Of a stretch of 49,505 bases of DNA, positions 17,203 to 24,777 are shown piece by piece. Positions within the stretch are counted from its first letter, which is position 1, and the number at the start of each line of letters is the position of its first letter. The translations under genes and the position numbers were made by a program. The notes beneath the pieces were generated by a model. The model had not been told where the DNA came from and made no database searches. It saw only the letters and a program-made list of their open reading frames with translations. The stretch covers positions 1-49,505 of the forward strand of contig MVCR01000010.1 in assembly GCA_002050035.1 (NCBI GenBank), given 5' to 3'. The stretch is from Planctomycetales bacterium 4484_113 (lineage in GTDB: Bacteria; 4484-113).

Positions 17203-18432
17203 TCAAACCAGCTTCAGCTCGAAGTTCGCCGCGTTGTTACTCACTTGCAGCTTCAATCTGCGGTCGCTGCTTTCGTATCCCTGTGAGATGTAGCGTTCGT
17301 CTTCCCTGTGGATGGGGAAGTCGGTCAGGTTGTGATGGCCCAGGTGATTAACGACCTGGGCATCGAAGGCGAATCCCTCCGGTGCCTGTAGCTCCAGCTT
17401 GGCAGCGTTGTTCATCAGGTTCATCGTCACTTCCGGGAGCCGCTCCCCGAGGCGAATCTGCGTATGCGCGGCGTTGTTCTCTAGATGCACTTCCTCCACC
17501 GCGAGTTCCGTGAGTTCAAGCTCGCACTTGGCGGCATTTGCCTCCACATCCAGTGCCAGCGGCAACTGGCGATTGAGTCGCACTTCCCACACACTGCCGG
17601 CGAGGATGGGCAGACGTGAGCTCACGTGTTCAGCGATGACTCGCAGATGGGCGACCTTCTTGCCGTCCCGCTCGGAGACCTGCAGCTCGAAACGCGGCTC
17701 GCAGCTCCCTCGATCGGTGATGATTTCGATTAGCCTGTCGGTAGTGCCGGCAACTTTCATCCTTCCGGCGCTCAGGTGCAGTTCGTAGCGAAGGCGGTCC
17801 ACATCCGCCGGCAGGTTTACGGAGAAGTGCCCTCGACCATCCTTGTAGCTCGCATCTAGGGGGATCCTCTCAGCCGTAGCATGCGCTTCCTCTGATCCTT
17901 CCTCCACATCGGGAGGTGTGGGCTCCTCTTCGGATGATTCGCCGCCTGCTCGCTCAGTTGGCGCGGGTGTCTCGTGGGAAATGGGTGCGGTTGAATCGTT
18001 CACCCTAGAAGCCGCTTCGGCCCTCACGCCCTCGTCATCCTTGACTGCGTGAGCCGTTCTCCCTTCAGCCTTAATGGTCACGCTGGCGGCGCCCTCAGGT
18101 GAGGAGACCACGTGCAACCTCTCTCTCTCGTGCGTTGCCTGAGTAACACCGAGTATCAGGAAGATACCGAGGATGATGAGCAGCAGCGGCCAGAAGTCAC
18201 CGAGCCGTCCCAATGGTGGCAATGGCAGCAGGTTGTCCGCCAGCAGAATGATGCCTACCAGCATCATCCCTACCGCGTAGGCGGTGCGCTCGCTATCCAG
18301 CAGGATGACGCCATACAGCACGAGCAGAATGGGCCAGTAGACCGCGAGCGCCAGGGCGCTGCCGAAGAGGTATGCCGAAAGACTCAGCACACCGATGACG
18401 ATAAGGAGAATCCCCAGGGAAACTCGGTTCAT
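17203..18432 (-). CDS. LiaF-like membrane protein with acidic linker and C-terminal toastrack domain
   Basis: 409 aa. Four TM helices at the N-terminus (LGILLIVIGVLSL...), an E/P/S-rich linker, then repeats ANAAKCELELT, NNAAHTQIRL, NNAAKLELQAP, NNAANFELKLV. ATGA overlap with the upstream gene (18429-18432). Confidence 0.75.
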   Translation of the reverse strand: MNRVSLGILLIVIGVLSLSAYLFGSALALAVYWPILLVLYGVILLDSERTAYAVGMMLVGIILLADNLLPLPPLGRLGDFWPLLLIILGIFLILGVTQATHERERLHVVSSPEGAASVTIKAEGRTAHAVKDDEGVRAEAASRVNDSTAPISHETPAPTERAGGESSEEEPTPPDVEEGSEEAHATAERIPLDASYKDGRGHFSVNLPADVDRLRYELHLSAGRMKVAGTTDRLIEIITDRGSCEPRFELQVSERDGKKVAHLRVIAEHVSSRLPILAGSVWEVRLNRQLPLALDVEANAAKCELELTELAVEEVHLENNAAHTQIRLGERLPEVTMNLMNNAAKLELQAPEGFAFDAQVVNHLGHHNLTDFPIHREDERYISQGYESSDRRLKLQVSNNAANFELKLV

Positions 18433-19214
18433 CTTCCTCCTCCTTTGGCGCGGCTGGCTCTATCGTCCGCCGCGTCTGCGTCTTCACTTGGGGCTAACCT
18501 CTGTAGCAGCCGACCACGCGTGCTGAGCATCCGCACTTCGCCGGTAACATCCTCCACAATGAGCTCCCATTCCTGTGTCGAAAGGATCAAGTTCCCGTCG
18601 TCTCTCCGGAGCGAGATTCCACCTTTGCGACGGGTAACGGCATCATATCCTTCCTTCGTGGGCCGCAGGGTGATGCCATAAGGCTCCTCCAGGGTCAGCT
18701 CCGATATGTCCTCGGGCAGCGCGAGTCGTGCGCTATCAGAAGTGGTGCGGAAGGCTATCACGGCTCGAGCAGGGCTCGTCAGGGTCACAACCACTCCCTC
18801 TCCGTGCTTGGAGCGTGCTGTTTCCACGCGCACTTGCCGCTGCCGCCCGGCCCAGCTCAAGACGAGATGGGGTGGAGGTGCTTCGATTTCTACTTCCTGC
18901 GTAGCCTCGCTTAGGACGAGCACATGCACCGTGCTGCGTAGCGACGACTTCCCGCCGCCCTCGCGCTTCAGTTGCGGCGTTACCTCCTCCGGTTCTATGA
19001 GGCGCCAGGCATCACCCGGCTGCTCGCGGCTCCGTTCCTTCTGGCGCTTCGCGCCATGCTGTCCAATCCGGATCTGGACGCTATTGCTGGGCGATCGTGA
19101 AATTCCATAGCGGGCATAGTGCAGTTGCTGCCCCCCGCTCAGATGAGCACACCGGTTAACGAGCAGCCCGACAAGAAGAATCAGCATCAAGCCGAACATC
19201 TCTCTCACAGTCAT
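18429..19214 (-). CDS. Single-pass membrane protein of unknown function
   Basis: 261 aa. N-terminal TM anchor MFGLMLILLVGLLV, then a charged beta-rich domain in which I recognise no motif. ATGA overlaps at both ends place it in the operon. Confidence 0.55.
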   Translation of the reverse strand: MTVREMFGLMLILLVGLLVNRCAHLSGGQQLHYARYGISRSPSNSVQIRIGQHGAKRQKERSREQPGDAWRLIEPEEVTPQLKREGGGKSSLRSTVHVLVLSEATQEVEIEAPPPHLVLSWAGRQRQVRVETARSKHGEGVVVTLTSPARAVIAFRTTSDSARLALPEDISELTLEEPYGITLRPTKEGYDAVTRRKGGISLRRDDGNLILSTQEWELIVEDVTGEVRMLSTRGRLLQRLAPSEDADAADDRASRAKGGGR

Positions 19215-19768
19215 ACTCCGTCCTCCTTTCGGTCCCTTCGCGTGTGGTACCAGACGAGAAACGCGCCCAGAGCCACGGTGGAAACCGAGAGTATCAGGTC
19301 AGAGCCCTTCGCCGGCAGATAGCGTCCGAGCTGCCCCAGGAAGAGGGTCATTACTCCGATGATAACCAGCAGCATCCCGAGAAACCACTGGAAATCCAAC
19401 TGGCGTGCTGACTTCGATTCCTCTTGCACTAAGGGGGAGAAGTAATCCCAAATGCTGAGGACGTATGCCAACGGCTGGAAGAAAGGACTGCCGGCATCAA
19501 GTGCTACTAGGAAATAGACGAGTAGGAAAGCGCCCTTGTACATCTGCCCGCGCAGAAGTTGCGCCAGTCCCGGGATCAAGAGCCCGATCCAAGTCGGTCC
19601 CTCCTTCTGCGCTGCCCCTTCAATCGGTCTCCTCGCATCATGTCGGGCACAGCGCGGGCACAGATGGCGCTCTCCTTGCTGGATCACACATTGGCTGCAG
19701 AGCGGCTTTCCGCAAACGCTGCACTTGAAGGTGGCCTCGGTTTCCGGATGATAGAAGCATCTGGCCAT
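19211..19768 (-). CDS. B-box-type zinc-finger membrane protein
   Basis: 185 aa. The N-terminal CFYHPETEATFKCSVCGKPLCSQCV...HLCPRC is a B-box-like Cys/His cluster. Three or four TM helices follow, including LIPGLAQLLRGQMYKG. Its ATG directly abuts the upstream TAG. Confidence 0.65.
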   Translation of the reverse strand: MARCFYHPETEATFKCSVCGKPLCSQCVIQQGERHLCPRCARHDARRPIEGAAQKEGPTWIGLLIPGLAQLLRGQMYKGAFLLVYFLVALDAGSPFFQPLAYVLSIWDYFSPLVQEESKSARQLDFQWFLGMLLVIIGVMTLFLGQLGRYLPAKGSDLILSVSTVALGAFLVWYHTRRDRKEDGV

Positions 19769-20356
19769 CTACAGCATTCCCCCAGGTGCGTCGGCGAAGT
19801 AATGTTCATCCTCGGCATCCACCTTCACCGCCGTATCGTCACTGCTCGCGGAATCTCTCTCTCGATGTTCTGGCGAGAGTGAGTCCGCTGAAGAGCCGTC
19901 GGCTGTACCTACGCTCCGGGTCAACGCCCGCAGCCCCTCACGTGCTTCCTTCTGCAGTTCGGTAACCTTCTGCTCGGTTCGGTTGAGGAAGCGCGACAGC
20001 GCAGGCTCATACCGCGAAAACAGTGCGAGTATGAGAATGATCAGCACGAGACTCGCCGCGAAGGCGTAACGGGGAGCGAGCACCCATCGCTCTGCCAGTC
20101 GCTCCCACCAGTTGGCTTCATAGCTGCGCTGCCGCAGCTTGTGGAAAAGTCGCGCGTTCAGTACCGGTTCGTCTGGCGGAAGCTGTCCCAGTGTCTTCCT
20201 CGTGACCTGTCGGAGCCGCTGTAGCTCGGTGAAATACTCCTCCGCTTCCTGTGAGGACGATAGCAGATCGGACACTTTGCGCGTGCTCTCCAGATCCAGT
20301 GCATCGTCGGCGTACTGGGAAATCAGATCCTTAAGTATTGAGCTGAGCAACGCCAT
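19769..20356 (-). CDS. Membrane-anchored anti-sigma factor (non-zinc type)
   Basis: N-terminus MALLSSILKDLISQYADDALDLESTRKVSDLLSSSQEAEEYFTELQRLRQV fits the anti-sigma N-domain pattern without the Cys/His ligands. One TM helix (AFAASLVLIILILALF), then an acidic tail. I used ATG 20356; the track ORF starts at a TTG at 20368. Confidence 0.65.
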   Translation of the reverse strand: MALLSSILKDLISQYADDALDLESTRKVSDLLSSSQEAEEYFTELQRLRQVTRKTLGQLPPDEPVLNARLFHKLRQRSYEANWWERLAERWVLAPRYAFAASLVLIILILALFSRYEPALSRFLNRTEQKVTELQKEAREGLRALTRSVGTADGSSADSLSPEHRERDSASSDDTAVKVDAEDEHYFADAPGGML

Positions 20357-20609
20357 CACCTCCAGCAAAGCACAGAGCCAAGGAATCGTTGTGCTCCATA
20401 GCCGCCAGCACGTGTTCCAGCCATTTGGCGCGAGCGTGCGACAATCCCGCTACGATTGGCCGCAGCCGCTGCAACTGAGCAAGGTAGGCTTCCGCTTCCG
20501 GCGACCTTGCCATCAAATCCGCCACTCTGCGCGCCAGGTCTCGGTCGAGGACGTTATCTGCGTACTGCGATATCAGCTCTCTTAGTCGCGCGTTAAGCAA
20601 GGCTATCAC
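20331..20609 (-). CDS. Soluble anti-sigma-like N-domain paralogue
   Basis: 92 aa with a GTG start. (V)IALLNARLRELISQYADNVLDRDLARRVADLMARSPEAEAYLAQLQRLRPIV parallels the N-domain of the next gene. It has no TM segment. It overlaps the sigma gene by 17 nt and the next gene by 26-38 nt. Confidence 0.5.
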   Translation of the reverse strand: MIALLNARLRELISQYADNVLDRDLARRVADLMARSPEAEAYLAQLQRLRPIVAGLSHARAKWLEHVLAAMEHNDSLALCFAGGDGVAQLNT

Positions 20610-21057
20610 CTCCGGTGAGACACATGTTCAAGAGCTCTTCATCTTCCAGCACCGCACGGTCGCGGAGACCGGACGGCAGTTCGTCTAGGAGTCCCGTGAG
20701 TACGCCTCGCAGCTCTTCCATTCCCCGCTCCTGCTCTCGGACCGGCAGGTTGTGCAGGTCTGAACCGTCACCGGTTGAGGCTCTGCGCTCGCGCTGTAAT
20801 TTCCGCTCCAGCATCCGGCATTCGTTTACGAGAATGCGCACCATCCAGGGGTAGAACCGCTCGCGGTCCCGAAGCCGGTTCAGGCTGCGAAACACCTTGT
20901 AGTAGGTCTCCTGCAACACGTCTTCAACCCAGTGCCTTTCTCGCAGGTTAGCGGCTGCGATGCGCCTGAGCCGTCCGCTGGTCAAGCGGATCAGCTCCTG
21001 CCAGGCAGTATCGTTCCCGGCCATACATCCCAGAAGTAGCGATGACGGTATCTCCAC
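20593..21057 (-). CDS. ECF-type sigma-70 family factor, apparently short at the C-terminus
   Basis: 154 aa. Sigma-2 region WVEDVLQETYYKVFRSLNRLRDRERFYPWMVRILVNECRMLERK. Sigma-4 begins at LLDELPSGLRDRAVL, but the ORF ends 17 residues later. The start is GTG 21057, with an alternative ATG at 21024. Confidence 0.7.
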   Translation of the reverse strand: MEIPSSLLLGCMAGNDTAWQELIRLTSGRLRRIAAANLRERHWVEDVLQETYYKVFRSLNRLRDRERFYPWMVRILVNECRMLERKLQRERRASTGDGSDLHNLPVREQERGMEELRGVLTGLLDELPSGLRDRAVLEDEELLNMCLTGGDSLA

Positions 21058-21359
21058 GACTTAATCTGCTTCCCGTTTCTTTGCCGCATCATAGACCTCG
21101 GGGGCGATGGCCGCCGGTACTGCGGTCTGCCCGCGCTCATTCGTATTGATGCTGCCTTTGCCCATTAGGTTCCGCAGACCCCAATTGTAGCTTTCAAGCT
21201 GCGATCGTGCTCGGAATCGCCGGAAGAGAAAGGAGACACTCGTGCTCCGTTTCCGCCGCCAGCCGGGAAAAGCCCGGTGCAGCTATAATCGGAGCGCACC
21301 GCATCATGGTGCAGTTTCGGCAGCGATTCTGCCCACGGGGCAAGAAGGAGGTAAGGACG

Positions 21360-21614
21360 ATGAAACTGAATGTGCTGGCGTTTGCTCTGGCGGCGGGGAT
21401 AATCTTCGCCATCTACTTCTTCTGCCTGGGGCTTTGCGCCTGGCAGTTCGATTGGGGCACACCGCTGGTCGAGGTCGTGGGCTCTCTCTACATCGGTTAC
21501 GCGACGACGCTTCTCGGCTCGGTAATCGGTGCCATCTGGGCGTTCGCTGATGCCTTCATCGGGGCGCTCATCCTTGCTCTCTTATACAACTGGATAGCGC
21601 CCTCCAGAAACTGA
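21360..21614 (+). CDS. Small two/three-TM membrane protein
   Basis: I chose the internal ATG 21360, preceded by GAAGGAGG. The 84-aa product MKLNVLAFALAAGIIFAIYFFCLGLCAW...IGALILALLYNWIAP is hydrophobic. The longer track ORF upstream looks non-coding. Confidence 0.6.
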   Translation: MKLNVLAFALAAGIIFAIYFFCLGLCAWQFDWGTPLVEVVGSLYIGYATTLLGSVIGAIWAFADAFIGALILALLYNWIAPSRN

Positions 21615-21676
21615 AGCTGGCAGAGGGATGCAGAGCGCTGAGCCTTTGCCTGATAGAAGAAGACGCGAAGCAGCTC

Positions 21677-22702
21677 TTATCCCAGCAGTTCGTTAAGGTG
21701 GACGAGTTCCGGAGGAACCATGCGGTTCTGCTGCAGTGCTTCGGTCATTGGCACTGCGCCGATTTCTAGTCCGCGTACAACCACCATCATGTCAAACTGC
21801 CCGCTCTCGCAGAGCCCAACTGCCTTGATGCCCATTCTGGTAGCTAGAACGCGCTCTGCTGCGGTGGGCGGGCCACCTCGCTGAAGATGTCCCAGCGTCA
21901 CGTCCCGTGTTTCCAAACCCGTGCGTTTCTCGATTTCCTGCGCCAGCCATTTGCCGATACCGCCAAGGCGCACGTGACCAAAAGCATCTCGCTCCTCCTC
22001 CTCGACTACCTGGCCGGCTAGTTCCTGGGGCACCGCTCCCTCTGCGACCGCCACGATGGAGTAATCAGCGCCTTCCTGATGCAGGCGCTTCAGTTCGGCG
22101 CACACGGTATCGATGTCGAAGTGCTCCTCAGGAAGCAAGATGATGTCCGCGCCTCCGGCAAGGCCGCCGAAGAGCGTCAGCCAACCGGAATCGCGTCCCA
22201 TGATTTCGCAGACCATTACGCGATGATGGGAATGGCCAGTCGTCCGCAGGCGGTCGAGCGCCTCCGTGACCGTGTGCAACGCCGAATGGAAGCCAACGCT
22301 GTAGTCGGTAGCTCCCAGGTCATTGTCGATGGTCTGCGGTATTCCTACTACCTTCACGCCATGTTCGGCGAGACGGTGCGCCACGCCGTTCGTATCGTCT
22401 CCGCCGATCGTGATGAGCGCATCGACCTTCGCCTCGCGAAGCTGGCGAATGCATAGCTCAGGCCCCCCCTCGGTATTGAACGGATTGGTGCGGGAACTAC
22501 CGATTATAGTGCCGCCGACGGCGATGAGCTCGCGCACATCCGTAGGAACCAGCTCGCGGAACTCCCCGTTTAGCACCCCTTTCCAGCCGTCGAGGAATGC
22601 AACCACCTGATGATCCCTCTTAGCGGCGCGCAGGACGAGCGCCCGCAAGGCAACATTGGTGCCTGGAGAATCACCGCCACCTGTAAGGACGCCTATGCGC
22701 AT
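21677..22702 (-). CDS. pfkA: 6-phosphofructokinase (GGDD motif leans towards the PPi-dependent type)
   Basis: I chose the start at MRIGVLTGGGDSPGTN (ATG 22702), with a GAGGAG Shine-Dalgarno. Motifs ITIGGDDTNG, GIPQTIDNDL, MGRDSGWL and LGHLQRGG are present. Asp in GGDD is usually linked with PPi use, but Q in the PxTIDND motif matches neither the classical G nor the classical K. Confidence 0.88.
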   Translation of the reverse strand: MRIGVLTGGGDSPGTNVALRALVLRAAKRDHQVVAFLDGWKGVLNGEFRELVPTDVRELIAVGGTIIGSSRTNPFNTEGGPELCIRQLREAKVDALITIGGDDTNGVAHRLAEHGVKVVGIPQTIDNDLGATDYSVGFHSALHTVTEALDRLRTTGHSHHRVMVCEIMGRDSGWLTLFGGLAGGADIILLPEEHFDIDTVCAELKRLHQEGADYSIVAVAEGAVPQELAGQVVEEEERDAFGHVRLGGIGKWLAQEIEKRTGLETRDVTLGHLQRGGPPTAAERVLATRMGIKAVGLCESGQFDMMVVVRGLEIGAVPMTEALQQNRMVPPELVHLNELLG

Positions 22703-22785
22703 ATCAACTCCTCGCATTCGCGATATTGAGGGCGAAGAACCATGCTGTTCACTGGGCGCGGAGCACCCGGTTCTCAACTCGCCGT

Positions 22786-22815
22786 ATTATACGGCAACGG
22801 CACGTGCTTCCGCAA
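22786..22815 (-). promoter_or_regulatory. Putative promoter of pfk
   Basis: The reverse strand reads TTGCGG (22815-22810), 18-nt spacer, TATAAT (22791-22786). The -10 sits inside the inverted repeat CCGTA-N3-TACGG. The implied 5' UTR is about 75-80 nt. Confidence 0.5.
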
Positions 22816-23156
22816 TGTAGTCGGCGTGAGTCCGAGGACGCATCGATTCAGGGTCGCAATCGGCATTGCGCGGCGGAGCGCGTGTGCTTCCATTCGCTTG
22901 GACGTTGCGCCCCCCTTCACTAGCTCGCGGCAATTATTTGTGCTTTGCTGGTGCGGGAGGGATGGGTGGCAACAGCCTGTTTTGCCAGATGCATAGGGAA
23001 GGTCAGAGACTGTCTTTGATGACAGAAGGGCTGTTGTGGGATCGCTGCCGGAAGTGAGAGTTGTCGCCGGGGAGCTGCTGTCCGGTGTGAGGTTGAGGAA
23101 ATCGGGCGGAAGAAATGTGAGCTGGGAGATATGCTTGAGAAGCTGTTCACGAGGTG

Positions 23157-23185
23157 TTGCATTAGTGTTGGGGCGGTGGTATAAT
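23157..23185 (+). promoter_or_regulatory. Putative extended -10 promoter of the kor operon
   Basis: TTGCAT (23157-23162), 17-nt spacer, TATAAT (23180-23185) preceded by TGG (TGGTATAAT). It lies about 140 nt upstream of korD. Confidence 0.55.
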
Positions 23186-23323
23186 GTGGCTCCATTGGAG
23201 GAGGGGTGTTGTGCTTCCCGGGACGAGAGGAATGGCGGGGGGTCACATTGGTTTGAGCGGCAATAGTCGGCGGTGATTTCTGGTAATGAATGAAGTTGTG
23301 TATGGAGAAGTGGTGACACCATA

Positions 23324-23641
23324 ATGGGTACCTCTCGCCTGGATATCAAGGAGCACGGCCAGCAGGAGTTTCCTACCGGCAAGCGTGGCAAGTCGATCTA
23401 CATCGATTTCGCGTGGTGCAAGGCCTGCGGGATTTGCATCGAGTTCTGCCCGAAGGAAGTCTTCGACTACTCGGCACTGGGGCAGCCGGTTGCGAGCCGT
23501 GCTCAGGACTGCACGCTGTGCATGATCTGCGTGCATCGTTGCCCTGACTTCGCAGTGACCATCGAGCCATCATCAGGTAAGGTTCCGGAACCCGCTGCAG
23601 AGAGACCTCAAGTGCACGCAGTTGCTTCCAGGCGGGCTTGA
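23324..23641 (+). CDS. korD: 2-oxoacid:ferredoxin oxidoreductase delta subunit (2x[4Fe-4S] ferredoxin-like)
   Basis: 105 aa with two cluster motifs, CKACGICIEFCP and CTLCMICVHRCP. It is the first gene of the delta-alpha-beta-gamma set. Confidence 0.85.
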   Translation: MGTSRLDIKEHGQQEFPTGKRGKSIYIDFAWCKACGICIEFCPKEVFDYSALGQPVASRAQDCTLCMICVHRCPDFAVTIEPSSGKVPEPAAERPQVHAVASRRA

Positions 23642-23646
23642 CAGCT

Positions 23647-24777
23647 ATGGCGCAGACACTCCTTCTTCAGGGCAATGAGGCTTGCGCTGAAGGCGCGCTG
23701 TACGCGGGCTGCCGCTTCTACGGCGGTTACCCGATAACACCCTCCTCGGAAATTGCGGAGTACCTCGCGCGCAAGCTGCCGCTGGCAGGCGGGACATTCG
23801 TGCAGATGGAGGATGAGATTGCATCCATTGCTTCTATCATCGGCGCTTCTATGGCTGGCGTGAAGGCAATGACTGCGACCAGCGGTCCGGGATTCTCTCT
23901 GATGCAGGAGAATCTCGATCTTGCGGCGGTCACGGAAACACCGGTGGTCATCGTTGATGCGATGCGCGGGGGGCCTTCGACGGGTATGCCAACCGCCACT
24001 GGTCAGGGCGATTACATGCAGGCACGGTGGGGCTCGCATTCCGACCATCCTGTGGTGGTGCTGGCTCCTGCTGGCGCGCAGGAGATGTTCGACCTCACGG
24101 TCAAAGCTTTCAACATAGCGGAAGCGTTGCGCCTGCCAGTGGTTCTGCTGCCAGAGGCAGTAGTCAGTCACATCCGCGAAGCTGTGCGCATCCCCGACCC
24201 GGGCGAAATGGAAGTGATCGACCGCTATCAGCCAGACGATTACGAGGGGAATGGCTTCTTTAGGCGAGACGAGAGGGGTCTGGCGTATCCTCCCGTTCTG
24301 GGCAGTGGGTTTCATCCGCATTACACCGGTCTGGCGCACGCAGAGGACGGGTTTCCCTCCAACGATCCGGGAGTGGTCCGGAAATTTGTGGAGGGCTTGA
24401 ACCAGAAAGTGGCAAAGAACCTCGATCTGGTGACTGACTTCGAGGAAGAGGCGGTGGAAGATGCAGAAGTGATTCTCGCCTCCTTCGGCGTTACCGGTCG
24501 CGCCTGTCAGCATGTGGCTCGCCTGCTGCGCAAGCAGGGACATCGCGTTGGCTACTTCCGGCCTCGCATCGTGTGGCCGTTCCCCGAAGCGCGGGTGCGG
24601 GAGCTTGCGCACACTGCGGACACTTTCGTGGTGGCGGAGCTGAACCTCGGTCAGATGCGGCTTGAGGTAGAGCGCATCGCCTGCGGTGAGGCGCGGGTTG
24701 TTGGCTTGCACAAGGTCGACGGCAGTATGCTGGAGATACACGAAATCCTGGTCAAGGTAAACGAGGTGCTTCCCTGA
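23647..24777 (+). CDS. korA: 2-oxoacid:ferredoxin oxidoreductase alpha subunit
   Basis: MAQTLLLQGNEACAEGALYAGCRFYGGYPITPSSEI is the conserved alpha-subunit N-terminus. I used ATG 23647; the track ORF starts at a TTG at 23638. The 2-oxoglutarate assignment is inferred only from the D-A-B-G gene order. Confidence 0.85.
   Translation: MAQTLLLQGNEACAEGALYAGCRFYGGYPITPSSEIAEYLARKLPLAGGTFVQMEDEIASIASIIGASMAGVKAMTATSGPGFSLMQENLDLAAVTETPVVIVDAMRGGPSTGMPTATGQGDYMQARWGSHSDHPVVVLAPAGAQEMFDLTVKAFNIAEALRLPVVLLPEAVVSHIREAVRIPDPGEMEVIDRYQPDDYEGNGFFRRDERGLAYPPVLGSGFHPHYTGLAHAEDGFPSNDPGVVRKFVEGLNQKVAKNLDLVTDFEEEAVEDAEVILASFGVTGRACQHVARLLRKQGHRVGYFRPRIVWPFPEARVRELAHTADTFVVAELNLGQMRLEVERIACGEARVVGLHKVDGSMLEIHEILVKVNEVLP

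Noticed and set aside
21168-21173. GGAAC-type ECF -35 element upstream of the sigma gene
   Set aside because: GGAACC occurs on the minus strand. I could not find a convincing CGT-type -10 at the 16-17-nt spacing, so I did not call it as a feature.
22774-23391. 205-aa minus-strand ORF spanning the pfk-kor intergenic region
   Set aside because: The product is Pro/Ser/Thr-rich and low in complexity. The ORF runs across both candidate promoters and into korD, so it is a by-product of the C-rich minus strand. The compositional skew itself is reported as a finding.
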